Below the pieces are notes generated by a model, which saw nothing but the letters and a program-made list of their open reading frames with translations, ran no database searches and was not told the DNA's origin. A stretch of 64,000 bases of DNA from Octopus sinensis (taxonomy: Eukaryota): contig NC_042997.1 of assembly GCF_006345805.1 (NCBI RefSeq), forward strand, positions 189,472,001-189,536,000. The letters run 5' to 3'. A program made the translations under genes and the position numbers. Shown here in pieces: positions 1-13,791 of the stretch (position 1 is the stretch's first letter; every line of letters begins with the position of its first letter).

Positions 1-410
1 GCACCACCAGCACCAGCACCACCACCACCAGCACCACCACCACCAGCACCACCACCAGCACCACCACCAGCATCACCACAACCACCCTCACTACCACAAT
101 CACCCCCGCCACCACCAGCACCACCACCACCAGCTCCACCAGCACCACCTGCAGCAGCAGCACCACCACCATCACCACAACCACCCTCACTACCACAATC
201 ACCACCGCCACCATAACCAGCACCACCACCACCAGCACCACGACGACGACGACGACCACCACCACCACGACCACCACCAACAACAACAATAACAACAAGA
301 AACCATTGTAGTAGCATCATTAACAACAACAGTAACAAACTCTAGCAACAGCGCCATCACCACCACCACCACGACCATAACAACCGCCTCCAACAACAAC
401 AACAACAACA
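1..410. repeat. Compound trinucleotide repeat (CAC/CAG/GAC/AAC)n with a ~99-bp internal duplication
   Basis: Direct reading; the block catcaccacaaccaccctcactaccacaatcac occurs at ~71 and ~170. Confidence 0.9.
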
Positions 411-522
411 TCGTCATAGAAAAAAAATCCATCTTCAGACAAAGACCAAAAATATAAAAAAAACTCATGAACTAGCATCGATTATAGAAATCTTCAACAT
501 TATCATACGGGGACAAAATATG

Positions 523-558
<36 letters not shown>

Positions 559-904
559 ACATACACAGATACACACACACATCAGCACACGTACATACGC
601 ACATATTCATATGCATACATACACATACATATATTATATTATAAATATGCGCCTATTTTACCGAAGAGAAGAGCAATTATTTCAACCATCTTTATCCTAG
701 ATGTAGTAAATGTCTTCTGTACTCAACTAAGAACATCAATCAAACTTGAATGTCAATAAATCATCGTTGGCCTTTTCCACTTATCATTAGGTGTTTCCGC
801 CCACTGAATATTGTACTTAAACGTGTAATGTCAGAACTACGGTAAATGTGCGTGCTTGCGCTTGCGTGCGCCTGTATGATTATGTGTGTGTGTGAGTGTG
901 AGTG

Positions 905-939
<35 letters not shown>

Positions 940-1088
940 GAAATAGAGAGATAGAGCGAGAGGGAGATAGGGAAAGAAAGAGAGAGGGACAGAAAGAGAA
1001 ATAGCTTAGTAAAAAAAAAAAGCTCACAAAATATTAAAAAAGATTTCCTTTTGAAAATATCAGATTACTTCGAAATATATCAGCTTAC

Positions 1089-1158
<70 letters not shown>

Positions 1159-1159
<1 letters not shown>

Positions 1160-1400
1160 CGCGAAGACGCATGGCTCAGTGGTTAGAGCATCGAGCTTAA
1201 GATCGCGTGTTGTGTTCTTGAGCAAGACACTTTATTTCACGTTGCTCCAGTTCACTCAGCTGTAGAAATGAGTTGCAACATCACTGGTACCAAGTTGTAT
1301 CGGCCTTTGCCTTTCCCTGCTCTTCTATAAACAACTTGTGCCCGGGGGGGGGGTAACTTTCTGGGTGCAATCCCATGGTCATTCATCACCGAAAGGGGCC
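1159..1400 (+). mobile_element. SINE family A (tRNA-like head), internally deleted copy
   Basis: A-box-like tggctcagtggttagagc followed by tgtgttcttgagcaagacactttatttcacgttgctccag; same family as 7647 and 40740 but lacking the B-box segment. Confidence 0.8.
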
Positions 1401-1453
1401 TCCTCCTCCTTCTCATCATCATCATCATCATTATTATTATTATTATTATTATT

Positions 1454-2006
1454 GAGTGAGAGAGCAGTTCATGCCATCAAAGTGACACTGGGGTAAAATA
1501 TACGAAGCCCAATATACCCATCATGACTACCCGTCTGATAAGGGTACACCAGGCACATGCATCACAACCATATGTGCGCGACATGGTGATCTCATATCAA
1601 GATAAACAGCACATGACCTTGCAGGTGGGGCCCAGTTAGAATTTTCTTCAGGTTGAGTAGCCCATCCCGCTCAAACGGTCCCTGAATAAGGGTTGTTTAA
1701 GGATGTTGAAAGAATCACCCATGTTTCCAGAGGTGAACTATTCAAACCCCAAGAATCCCTCTCAACACATGGCTATGATGCTCCCCCACTACTTCTGCTC
1801 GTGATCAGAGATGCACATATCGTCAGCCACTAAGGGACATGCTCAACTGGTTAAGGTCAAACAACTGACAAGCAAATCTGTGGTATTGAGCAGAATATTT
1901 GCTGTAGCCCATCTTTTATACCAAGACAAAACAATGTACATGATAACACTTCCAATCAGTTAAGATCAGAAGCCATGAGAGCCACTGCCTGGTACTGCAT
2001 CAGGGC

Positions 2007-2007
<1 letters not shown>
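1454..2007 (-). mobile_element. ~550-bp (TAA)n-flanked non-coding dispersed element, copy 1
   Basis: Near-identical to 42303-42857 and 46997-47440 and, reverse-complemented, similar to 56247-56686; flanked by (TTA)n on both sides. Strand inferred from truncation pattern and tail polarity. Confidence 0.85.
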
Positions 2008-2052
<45 letters not shown>

Positions 2053-2172
2053 GTTGTTGTTGTTGTTGTTGTTGTTCATGTTGTTCTTGTTGTTTTTCTT
2101 GTTGCTGCTGCTGCTGTTGTTGTTGTTGTTGTTGTTATTATTATTATTATTATTATTATGATGATGATGATG

Positions 2173-2232
<60 letters not shown>
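2008..2232. repeat. (TTA)n/(GTT)n/(ATG)n compound microsatellite
   Basis: Direct reading. Confidence 0.95.
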
Positions 2233-2234
<2 letters not shown>

Positions 2235-2375
2235 GGAGGCGAACTGGCAGAATCGTTAGTTTCGTCGGACAAAATGCTTAGTGGCATTTCGCCCAACTGT
2301 ACGTTTTGAGTTCAAATTTTACTGAGGTCGACTTTGCTTTTCATCTTTTCAGGGTCGATAAAATAAGCACTAGTT
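2233..2375 (+). mobile_element. SINE family B, partial diverged copy
   Basis: aaggaggcgaactggcagaatcgttag...ttgagttcaaatt...gtcgactttgc; matches the many family B copies in the window. Confidence 0.75.
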
Positions 2376-2419
2376 AACTGCATGACTAGTGGAACGCGTC
2401 ACTTTCATAAGAAGCAAAA

Positions 2420-5400
2420 TAGTAGGCAATCCACTTCGTCAATAAATAACAGAGGCAATATATGTGCTCACCGCCTTTTAAGTATATATTCTACTTAACC
2501 TTCTTGGCCCCCTGCTCGTAAGTTCGTCTTATACGTACCTGAAGGTCTGATTAGAACTAGACATCTACAACCTTAGCAATAATGCCTATTCAGTGACTTA
2601 AGACACTAGCTGCAGTAGACTTGCCTTCAAAATTCCAAGTTTCAATCTTACTGATGTGTCACGAAAACATGTAGTTCTTTTAGCAAACTCGTCTCCCTCC
2701 ACTGAGTGTTGACCGACTAAATTTCTGTGATGTCCATCAAAGTTATCAGCGCATGCCAACATGGCCTTTCCGTTTCCTAGTTTGAGCGATATATCTACTA
2801 ACACCTCAACTTCTGTAGCAATGGCTCACCAGGTAAAAGGTACAAGAGCAGTGATATATTTCTTTATTGCCCACAAGGGGCTAAACATAGAGGGGACAAA
2901 CAAGGACAGACAAACGGATTAAGTCAATTACATCGACCCCAGTGCGTAACTGGTACTTTATTTATCGACCCCGAAAGGATGAAAGGCAAAGACGACCTCG
3001 GCGGAATTTGAACTCAGAACGTAACGGCAGACGAAATACCTATTTCTTTACTACCCACAAGGGGCTAAACACAGAAGGGACAAACAAGGACAGACACACG
3101 GATTAAGTCGATTATATCGAACCCAATGCGTAACTGGTACTTATTTAATCGACCTCGAAAGGATGAAAGGCAAAGTCGACCTCGGCGGAATTTGAACTCA
3201 GAACGTAGCGGCAGACGAAATACCGCTAAGCATATCACCCGGCGCGCTAACGTTTCTGCCAGCTCGCCGCCTTAAGAGCCGTGATATAAGACATTTTTGA
3301 TTCGAATAGGTGATAATTTAATCCGACCACCTAAACATATGTTGTTATACATTGAAATCACTCACAGTAAGGAAATCACTTGTTGATACACAATCCTATT
3401 GATAATCTTGCGATAATCCAAGTTGATCGAAGTCAAAAAGAAGCCAGGTTTATTATCCATCCTCTCGGCAATATATTGGATAAAGTGTATAGGTCTTCTG
3501 GGAATCTGACGCATCAGCAAGCGTCTCGGTTACACTAATGGAAGAGGAGTAAGCAAGACTGGAATGACTAAATACATCTTATAGAGCTGACCATTCAAAC
3601 GAGGTTATTTTCCCCTCACAGCGATCGACAACCATATTTCAGCCGTCCTTATCGAGTTTTCACAACGCCCCTCCGTTTTTGTTGAGAACCGCAGAAGGCC
3701 ACGAAGGTCTGAAACTCACCCTCTCAGTTCCCTTTTTACTCACGAACAGTAGAGTAAAATGCTGCTGGAAAGCCGCACGCTTTTGCATGGATTAGTGCTG
3801 ATCTAACATGGTCTATCATAGAACTTTTCTTATATCGTTGTACTTCTTTACTCTGTGTCTATCGAACACATTTCGCTGCCTCATGTCGAAGTGCTGGCAT
3901 TTTAGCTCTGACAACAAAACATTTGTGTTTGACATCGATGAAATAGTCGTCCGCCAATTTTCGCTGTAAGTACTCCGAACGCAATGACTTTCGTAATCGC
4001 CTCTTCTAGTTGTAGATTATATTCTAATATTTCTCTTCAGAGAGACCCATCACCGCTTGTTGACGATCATCCTTGTCAACTCCTGTTTAATTCATTTACT
4101 GATTTGGTTATTGAGGATTTCTTTGTTGGAATTGAAGCTTTCGATTACTATTAACTAAGGCTCTATGCGTTGTATCTAGCATGACTGTGGAGATTATGAA
4201 CATATGGTCTGTATAGCCAACCAGCTGAAATCGTGGATACAGTATTGTTAGCTAATGCCTGAACGAGTATTCGATATAAAGACAATCTCGCTGATACGAT
4301 GTGATGTGTCGAAGATTTCATTGGTACATTCGGACATTTATAGTGGGTTTCTAAAAAAACTTAGAATTACTTGAGCAGTTTCGTGAGACTTTTACACTCG
4401 TTCTGCTCTCGTCTACTACAACAAAATCCAATTTGTGTCGAATATGCTATTCCAGCTGTGTACTAACACTAATAAATGTGATATTGTCAAGAAATCTTCT
4501 AGATTCCTGAATAAATCTGGCATCCACGTCCTAGTCAGAAAATAAATGGCCACTAATCTGAAAGCGCTGCATGCAATACTGTTCAGGTTTATGGCCACTG
4601 ACTGCCAACCAAATTAAGGAAAATATTCCGCATCTCGAAATCCAGGTCTTCTTAAAATAACTTTACCTCTATTTTGGAACTGGGTCGAATAGAAGACGGG
4701 TATAACTTATAGTCTGCGAAAAGGGGAGCAAAAGCGTAAATCCCCCCCCCCCAAAGAACCATCTCGAAGTTGGCTACCACATTTAAATTTAGTAACCTGA
4801 GTTCGTTAATCAACTGACATTGTTTCCAAGCTGATTTCAGTTAAAGCACATTTTTGCAGTCAACTCTTTGTACTGATGTGCTGGGAGGAGAAATAATTAA
4901 AGGTTACTTTCTCTACATTCGGGCCAACCAGACAGCTTATTTTCCTGAGTTCAACAAAGGTCCCTTGCTATTTTGCAAAGGTTCTTTCAGCTTTGAAATT
5001 GCCCTTTGCCATCGTTGGGATCCTCAACAATATGTGTTTGTAGGCTTAGCTACAGTCTTTACTTTTTAAAAAATTGGTTGTCGTCCTTCTTTAAAGTTTA
5101 TTTTTTGTTACTATTTTATATTGCATACACCATAAAACTCAGGATTTCCATTTCGGAGAACGGTCGGTTGTCGTTGCGTTTGATGTACTTTCTTTTGCTT
5201 TTACTTTTCTCCTTACTGTAAATTGCTTTTTCTTCTCGTGTTACGTATGTCTTGATTGGTGCTGTTCTTGCTATCGTAGTAGCGGATTTCATTATTTTTG
5301 TTGTTTATGCTGTTGTGGTGGCGATAGTGATAGGTGGCTAGCTTGTAGATTGTCTGTTACGTCAACTTTTCTGCATTTGATAGTAACACGATAGTTATTG

Positions 5401-6480
5401 GGTCAATGTCTTGCTTTTCCCTTCACGGTTAATCCTTACTATGATTTAGTTTCATACACCCGCTCCTCATTTGTTGAGAATTAGATATGGTTGGAAGAAA
5501 GAAGAGAAGAAATGAAGGTCACCTACTTTAATGGTTTTCCTGTGTGCAATCGAGTCTATCAAATTCACTTCTCTATCTAGGATTTCTTAGGAAAACTCTG
5601 AAATAGTAGTTTCGTAGCCATGACTCGAGCGAAATTCATTCATGTGCTAAAGTCTCTCTTATTTCCGTATAACACTCTATCAATAACCGTACGAATTTCC
5701 GGCCTGCACCTCTGTCCTGTTGTCTCCTCTTTGTGCTAAGATAACTGTTCTTTATTTTTTTCGTTATAGCACAAACACGGATGTGGATGCAATTTATTAC
5801 TGTTGTGAGTGGAGTTGTGTATTTAATTGGCTTTGGTGTTGTTCTGTTATTGTTTGATGTGTTTGTTTGTCTGTTGGTTTTACTCTTGAATGCTACTATT
5901 TCATTTGTATATTTTCTTTGTTACTTTTGGTAAAGATAATGGTAAGAATGGTGAGCGTGTTGTTGTAGATGTAGCATTGTTTGGGGGTCAAGATGGAGTT
6001 GATGTAGTTTGGTGTTTTGTTCCTTATATTTTGAATGTTTCTCAGTTCTTTTTCGCTTTTCTCCGCTCCCTTTCATTACCGGAGACGTGATCAGAAGACT
6101 CCGCCTCGAATAGGAGCAGGAGCATATTTTCCCATGTGTGGATGTCGGTGTTTGTGAGTGAAAGAGGGCGAGAAACAGAAGTAGGAGAATAGAGAGTGTC
6201 AGGTTGAGATATCTCCTTGATAGCGATTCCATTTATATAGACTTAATTTTCCACCTTCTCAGTTGCTACTGCTGACGGATTTGATGTTGATGGAGTGTCA
6301 CTGCTGTTGTTATATCCATAGCTTCTACTTCGTTTCTAGGTGTTGACATTGTTGCGGCTGTTGCTGTTGCTATTGTTGATTATGGTCCAGATTTTGTTAT
6401 TGTAGCTCCCTCTTTTGCTGTTGCTGCCACTGTCCCAAGTGCTTCTGTTGTTGAACACTGCTGTATCCTCTTCTCCGCAG
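2420..6480 (-). mobile_element. Decayed APE-type LINE, probably L1/Tx1 clade, interrupted by a family B SINE at 2858-3273
   Basis: Minus-strand remnants: KLDFVVVD (~4411-4434, endonuclease-like LDY/F motif) and SINLDYRKIINRI (~3385-3430, resembles the RT motif INLDQSKAFDRV); C-terminal fragment ORF 2598-2804; A-rich ORF1-like region upstream. Many stops and frameshifts. Confidence 0.55.
2858..3273 (-). mobile_element. SINE family B, dimeric copy with 14-bp target-site duplication
   Basis: Two tandem ~184-bp body units plus head; flanked by aagagcagtgatat (2844-2857) and aagagccgtgatat (3274-3287). Confidence 0.9.
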
Positions 6481-6489
6481 CTGTTTTCA

Positions 6490-6880
6490 CCTCATCTCTA
6501 TCATAAAATCGTTGTCTTCAAAGATTGAGCTCCACCGGGGTGAACAGGAGCATGCCGATTGCTTGATTTGTTGCCGATGATGTGTGTGGTCTCCCATTGT
6601 CATGGTGTATGTTGATCGTTTCGAGACTTTTGTTCGGTCTCTTTCTTCTAAGCTTTTTGAGTAACTCAAAGTACGACTCGCTATTCACAGTTCAGCCACG
6701 TTCCAGAAAATCAGGGAGAATGATGCTTTTGTCATCCTTGCAAAACAGTGAACAAGACTTTCTGTATCGATCACTGACTTATAAACTTCTTAAGTCTTGG
6801 AGAAGAAGTGTGACACCATTCCATGGATTGAGTCTTAGTTTCCGGTTCATAGTATGTCACCAGATCGAAAAGAACCGTAT
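6490..6880 (-). mobile_element. Mariner transposase remnant
   Basis: Minus strand reads HYEPETKTQSMEW...KVLFTVF..DDKSIILPDFLERG.TVNSESYFELLKKLR...IHHDNGRPHTS, typical of the mariner catalytic domain; stops and frameshifts present. Confidence 0.8.
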
Positions 6881-6914
6881 CTGCATCGGCATCAAATGCT
6901 TCCAAAAGACTGAA

Positions 6915-7320
6915 GACGGCGAGCTGGCAGAAATGTTAGCGCGCCGGGCGAAATGCTTGGCGGTATTTCGTCTGCCGCTACGTTCTGAGTTCAAATTCCG
7001 CCGAGGTCGACTTTGCCTTTCATCCTTTCGGGGTTGATTAAATAAGTACCAGTTACGCACTGGGGTCGATGTAATCGACTTAATCCGTTTGTCTGTTCGT
7101 GTTTGTCCTCTCTGTGTTTAGCCCCTTGTGGTAGTAAAGAAACAGGTAATTCGTCAGCTGCTACGTTCTGAGTTCAAATACCGCCAAGGTCGACTTTCAT
7201 CCTTTCGGGGTCGATTAAATAAGTACCAATTACGCACTGGGGTCGATATAATCGACTTAATCCGTTTGTCTGCCCATGTTTGTCTCCGCTGTGTGTAGCC
7301 CCTTGTGGGAAATAAAAAAA
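6915..7320 (+). mobile_element. SINE family B, dimeric copy
   Basis: Head ggcgagctggcagaaatgttagc...gagttcaaattccgccgaggtcgac with the body unit repeated twice. Confidence 0.9.
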
Positions 7321-7646
7321 TAAACTAATGCAGACATACCTTTCTTTCCTTTAAATCGTATCTCGACAGTTTAGGTACGCACTTTGCACCCATTTCCCGA
7401 TATTTAAGGTCTTCCACCATTTTCTGTAATGCATTATAACAACAGTTCAGTTGTGGAGTAATCTCACAGATTTGTGTGACTTGTCTGTGCGAATCAGTTC
7501 GTCCAGTCACTGGCGATTCGTGTCACTGTTCGCTGTTGATCTCCCACTGTATGGTTTGTCTTCAATGCTGATTTCTCCTTCATTAAGCATCTTCACCCAT
7601 CTATGCATATTACTGTTGTCAATGGTGCTATCTTCGTAAAGATGTA

Positions 7647-7980
7647 AAGGCGCATGACTCAGTGGTTAGAGCATCGAGCTTAAGATCGTGAGGTTGTGAG
7701 TTCGAATCCCGGACCGGGTTGCGTGTTGTGTTCTTGAGCAAGACACTTTATTTCACGTTGCTCTGGTTAACTCAGGTGTAGAAACGAGTTGCGACGTCAC
7801 AGGTGCCAAGCTGTATCAGCCTTTACCTTTCCCTTGGATAACACAGGTGGCGTGGAGAGGGGAGGCCGGTATGCATGGACGACTGTTGGTCTTCCGTAAA
7901 CAACCTTGCCTAGACTTGTGCCTGGGAGAGTAACTTTCCAGGTGCAGTCCCATGATCAGTGTCGTGACCGAAGGGGGTAT
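7647..7980 (+). mobile_element. SINE family A, full-length, with 12-bp TSD
   Basis: A box (tgactcagtggttagagc) and B box (gagttcgaatccc); tatcttcgtaaa flanks both sides (~7629 and ~7987). Confidence 0.88.
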
Positions 7981-8577
7981 CAGCATATCTTCGTAAATAA
8001 ACTATAGACTACTGATGATGCTGGACGGGCAGCACGTCCCCTTCGTCAAGAACTTAAGGATAGCGCGCTACTTCTTTCTGTTTGGAATCCCTTATTTACT
8101 TTTAGTGAAGAGCAGAAAGAAACGTTGCACTCGAGGAAGAATTAATCTATCATCAAGCGCAATTTGAATGACCCGTGTCAGTTAATACATTAAGTTCACT
8201 TCGGCATTACTTTTGGGACATTTCTTTTAGAGATAAACAAGTTATATAAAGACAACGCAATATGAAGACAATTAAAAAAGAACAAAAAACATACCAACAA
8301 TTATATAAAATAAGTAAAAAAAAATTACATGTAAGCACCCACTAAACAAAACAAGACAATTTAAGTAAGAAATAAAACATGGAAAATAGATCGGGTTTGA
8401 GTAAGCACCATCGTTTTCGTACCTGGAGCTTCGCATATCCAAAGTCTCATGAATACGCATATTCTCTGTGGACAGAAGTTGGAAACAATCCACGTTCTCA
8501 GGATATGTCTGTTTTAGTTCATTGTTAAGCTTCTAATGTTTCTTAATAAGAGTCTGTATTTAGAATGTATATTTACA

Positions 8578-8739
8578 GGCGTAGGAGTGGCTGAGTGGTA
8601 AGTAGCTCGCTTACGAACCACATGGTTCCGGGTTTCAGTACTTGGGCAAGTGTCTTCTACTATAGCCTCGGGCCGACCAAAGCCTTGTGAGTGGATTTGG
8701 TAGACGGAAACTGAAAGAAGCCTGTGGTATATATATATA

Positions 8740-8809
<70 letters not shown>

Positions 8810-9035
8810 TTGTGTGTCTCTGTTTGTCCACCCCCCAACATCGCTTGACAACCGATGGTGGTGTGTTTACGTCCCCATAACTTAGCGGTTCAGCAAAAGA
8901 GAACCTATAGAATAAGTACTAGGCTTGCAAAGAATAAGTCCTGGGGTCGATTTGCTCGACTAAAGGCGGTGCTCCAGCATGGCCATAGTCAAATGACTGA
9001 AACAAGTAAAAGAGTGAAAAAAGAGTAAAGAGTAT
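8578..9035 (+). mobile_element. SINE family C with internal (TA)n/(TG)n microsatellite
   Basis: ggcgtaggagtggctg.gtggtaag...ggttccgggtttcag head, internal microsatellite, 3' half ending gactgaaacaagtaaaagag; repeated many times in the window. Confidence 0.88.
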
Positions 9036-9539
9036 TATATTCCAAACAGATTTTTTCTTCGAGCCATACACACCAGGACGGTACCTGTCGCACCTCACTT
9101 TATTATTGTGTCCATGAAGCTATGGTTCACCATTCGGAAAACTGAGAATTTTTGTTCCTCGTCATCCCCCTCGTCGCCATCATCCTTGTTGTTTCCAGAA
9201 ATACTGGTACACAATTTCATCATTTTTTTTTCTCCTGAATATTTTTTCCTTTTCATATTTCCTCAAACGTTTCTATTACTTCCTCCTCGTCACGAGACGA
9301 TAAAATGGGTGCTATTGCTGCTGGGTATTCTAGAAAGATGGGTTAACTGATAGTTTGGCATATGTTCATCAATCATCTCTGAACTGACAACGGACGCCTT
9401 AGTCATTATTCGGATATACAGACGCTGATATGACAGGCAGCACTACTGGAGAAGCAACCTCTGGATCCTGCTTAATCTTTTGTTCGTTTCATTTTTGTCT
9501 CTACTGGACAGAAAACACTCATTTATTTTATTTTTTTCC

Positions 9540-10095
9540 TGCCTTTAACCCTCCAACGCGAAGTATAGGCCACTTATAATTGAATTCCATGTTGTATAAT
9601 TTTTCGCTTCTGTACTTATACTCTGCTATGAATGTCCCCCTTTCTCTAGTTCCTATTGTGTTGATCTACGAGTTCTTATGCCTACCTTTCTTTCTATACC
9701 TATCCGGATTCCACTGTAAAGCACTTTTCGCTACATTTGGTGTGTCTTTTCTAATTGTGCTACCAATCCACTTCCACTTTTTCTTAAATATTTGTTCCCT
9801 AATCGAAACTTGATTTGTTCTTTGCCATAGCTCCATATTGCTTATGTGTTCGGGCCATCTAATTTTAAGTATACTACGCAAGCATCTGTTGATGAATGAT
9901 TGTATTTGCTTATTTGACTTAACTGTTGTTCGCCATGTCTCAGCCCCATACAATAACACCGCTTTTACGTTAGTGTTAAAGATTCTTATTTTGTTCTTTA
10001 TTGAAATTACACTTGCGCTCCATACTTTTGTTAACAGGTGGAAAGCGGTCCTTGCCTTACTTATTCTCGTCTTAATATCTTCGTCGGGGCCGCCT
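9540..10095 (-). mobile_element. RTE-clade LINE, 3' RT fragment
   Basis: Minus strand reads DEDIKTRISKARTAF...KIRIFNTNVKAVLLYGAETW...RCLRSILKIRWPEHISNMELWQRT...WKWIG (ORF 9666-9959), characteristic of RTE RT C-termini. Confidence 0.85.
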
Positions 10096-11169
10096 GAAAA
10101 CGTTTATGCCATCACAAATATAAGAACTGGAATTTCTGCCCTGCATTGCCAGTTGTATTGTATCGTCTGCAGTGGGCACAGTTCTGGAATTGTCGTGTGG
10201 CCATATTGGATCATCACAACTTGTAAGTTCACGCTGACTCCTTCCTTCAACATGTGATTTCCCGATATTTGTGCGCTGTCATTCAGCCATATTGCTTTGC
10301 AAAGACGACAACGAACTATGGGGCAACGTCATTTGCTACATCCCTGTTTGTTAGTCATGTACATTGAGGTACAAGTTTATAGGCGGGTGTTTCTCGTGCA
10401 ATTTCTGCTTGTCCGCAGTCTAAGACTTCGTTCCTGAAGGACGGGCTGGCATTTTCGTAGGCTTTGCCTTTATGCATGATAAACTCGCCCAGAGATCTTC
10501 TAGTGCCATCCAGTTAGTTCTTTGATGGTATAGAAAAAAAAAACCGTTTCCTATATGAAACAAAGATTGACCATTTTTCTCCTCTCTCCTTTTCTAGACG
10601 CATTTTTTGGGGAAAGGATTGCCACTGGTCTCTGTTTCTGACTATGCATTGTCCATATTGAATGACAATGCATAGGAAAAAAAAAGAAAAAAAAAGACTA
10701 TTTTGTTACAGCTATTAGTATTTTTTCAGTACCATTTGTCTCAGTAAGTGCGTCTACTATTTCAAATACCGTCATTTTCTTCATCTTTCTATTTTATAAA
10801 TTTTCTCAATTTTTTCCTGGGTTCCTATATGTTGTTGTCAACTTAGTGAATGCCTTCATCTATAGCTATTTCTATGGACACTTTGCTTAAACATTTTTTT
10901 GAAAATTCTACAGGAAAAAAGACCCAACAAAAAACAAAGGTGGCTTCAAGAAGCGTAGTGTTTTTTTCATTTTTAAACGGATGAAAAAACAAAGAAAACA
11001 CAATGGGTTTTTAACCTCTTTATATAATGAGTCAATAAATAAAAAATATATAAAAAAACAAAATCAAAAGCGAAAAAAACAAAACATCCAATTTGGAAAT
11101 TTAGCCTATTAGTTTTTAAGCATTCACGAGCTCGTGATGGTGCTGGCACCTTCAAATAGTATTAGGAAC

Positions 11170-11209
11170 AATGATGATGAGGATGATGATGCTGTCGATG
11201 AACACGGTG

Positions 11210-11256
<47 letters not shown>

Positions 11257-11306
11257 TGATGATGATGATAATGATAATAATAATAATAATAAAAATAATA
11301 ATAATG

Positions 11307-11367
<61 letters not shown>

Positions 11368-11428
11368 TAATAATAATAATCACGATAATAACAACAATAA
11401 TTTTGTTAACCTTGAATAGTTGGTGTAT

Positions 11429-11488
<60 letters not shown>

Positions 11489-11570
11489 AAGAAGGAGAAA
11501 GAGAGCGGAGGAGAGAAAGACTGGGGGAAAGAGATGGAGAAAGAGGGAGAGAGAAAGAAGAGAGAGAAAG
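11170..11570. repeat. (ATG)n/(TAA)n array followed by (GA)n array
   Basis: Direct reading. Confidence 0.95.
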
Positions 11571-12304
11571 TGAACATGCTAGCGCGTGTCTATGTGTGCA
11601 TGTATTTGTGTTCTGTAATTATAATCTAGTTTTACCAGAATTAACACATCATCAAACCATCCCAACCCACGGAGTGGCCACGTGAGAGAGGAAGGGCTGA
11701 TTGTTCCAGTGAAAGTCAAATCCACAGCCTAATGGAGCCAATCGTTAGGTCAGCTTGTCCCAGTATAGAAAGAGGTTAAACTGCTCAAAAGAGCTTGTCT
11801 ATAGTCTTCTGGACAATTATGAGATCGTTCTATATGGCAGCAATTAATTTGATATTGTCAAAGTCGGTTGTGTAGACGTTATTAACTACCATTTTCCAAC
11901 CATCAAAATACCATTCGCTATAAAGTAGCTCTTTATCTTTGCCTTTAGTGTTCTCTTCTACATCCTTTCTTACTTTCACTCCTCTCTGTCCTTCATTGTT
12001 TCTCTGTCCGTCTGTCTCTTTCACGCTCTCATTCTTTCTTTCTTTCTGTCTGTTTGTCTCTCTTTCTCTTCCTCTCCCACTCTGAATAAGGCTCTGATTG
12101 TGTTTCACGACTGGTCGCGACTCTAACCGGCCTGTTTTCAGTTTAAGTGCTGAGGGTCCTTGTTGATTGCTACCGAGACTATTCCTGTCCAATCTTGCCA
12201 CAAGAGTTAATTCTTACTTCAATAAATATTAGATGCATGGGGCCGTGTAAGATAAGATGAACATTTACGTGCTCGCCAGAAGTGATAGCCAACCTATAAT
12301 AAAT

Positions 12305-12550
12305 AATAAATGCGCCCTTTTAAAGCCTAGCCAGGCTCATAGGCCCGCTTTCCCGGTTTCTGTGGCGTATGTGTTCCCAGCTGGACGGGACGCCAATCCA
12401 TCACAGCGTTACTCATTTTTGCCAGCTGAGTGGACTGGAGCAACGTGGAATGAAGTGTTTTGCTCAAGAACACAACGCGTCGCGCGGTCCACGAATCGAA
12501 TCCACAATCTTACGATCATGATGCTGACACCCTAACCACGCGCCTCCACG
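12305..12550 (-). mobile_element. SINE related to family A (same head/core, different tail)
   Basis: Reverse complement reads ggcgcgtggttagggtgtcag...gattcgattc...gttgtgttcttgagcaaaacacttcattccacgttgctccagtccactcagc. Confidence 0.75.
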
Positions 12551-13589
12551 ATAGCCAACCTAATCGCCATAAACTTCTGATTATCTTTGAGAACAAAGGA
12601 TAAATGAATCATGTCTGAAATAAATAGTCAACGTGTCAATATCATGATTACAAGGTGAAAAGGAAAAAGACTAGTGACGCTGACTTAGAAATATTTCTTT
12701 CGGTAAGTGAAATTATATAAATGATATGAATTCAAGAATAATTCAACCTTAGACAAATCTAGAACAGAAATTATGCTGCAATTTTTGTTTACTTAACCTT
12801 AAACAATATGACGGAATTCAAAACCCTTCCTATGAAATTTCAAACGATGTTGTATTAACACCAGCATAAGAATTGGCTACAAATTGTGGATGAAATCTGA
12901 AACATAAGTTTCTCATTAAAAATCTGGATTTCTATCAGAAAAGAATATCACTCTGTAGTGAATAATACATTAACGATTTTATTACAATTTTCAACATCAA
13001 ACTCATGTGAATAAGGGTTTTCTACTTTTTCCATAATTAAACGCGAAAAGTTGAAAATCGTTAAGACAGTCACACATAGGTTTTTTTGTGAGAACAGTTG
13101 ATAAAGTAAAATATGTAATATTTTCTAAATATTTTCTAACTAAATCATTCAATTTAAATATAAGATTTGGATCTTTACCCTTTGACCTACAGATTTAAAA
13201 AATAATTTTTTGTAACTAAACATTTTCAAACTTGAACTTGAAATAACTTCGTAAATATCAGCTTTTCTCAAAAATGCTAAGAGTAAAAGATGTTTTATAT
13301 GACACATTCTACCAGTGTCCGAAGTTTGAAAGTGCTTAGTTACAAAAAAAAGATCCTAAGATTTTTCTCAATATTTCCATTGCGAGGGTGTCCACAATTA
13401 TTTGTTTGATTTTAAAGCGCGCTTCATAGTAAAATAATCAAGGATAGGGATATACAGTCGTCATCAAAGGATTCGCAAATGAAGGAGGCGATGTTGAATG
13501 CCGAATTCACAGGACAACAATAAACAAAGATGTATATGAGAATAAGTACATACAGAATTTTATAAATTTCACGCCCACGGATATATGTA

Positions 13590-13751
13590 TAGGCGTAGGT
13601 GTGGCTGTGTGTAAGAAGCTTGCTTCTCAACCATATGGTTCCGGGTTCAGTCCCACTGTGTGACACTTTTGGTGTCTTCTACGATAGCCTCAGGCTGACC
13701 AAAGCCTTGTGAGTGGATTTGGTAAACGGAAACTAAAAGGAGCCCGTCGTA

Positions 13752-13791
<40 letters not shown>

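Noticed and set aside
1-410. Mucin-like Thr/Ser-rich or poly-His coding exon
   Set aside because: Pure compound trinucleotide repeat grading into (AAC)n, like other arrays in this window; no splice or domain context.
1940-2007. U2 snRNA or 5S rRNA origin of the 550-bp element's end
   Set aside because: Only short imperfect matches (atcagttaagatcaga; cctggtactgca); insufficient by eye. An Rfam/Infernal search would be needed.
7647-7720. Functional tRNA genes
   Set aside because: The A/B boxes belong to SINE heads; no complete cloverleaf with an acceptor stem was seen.
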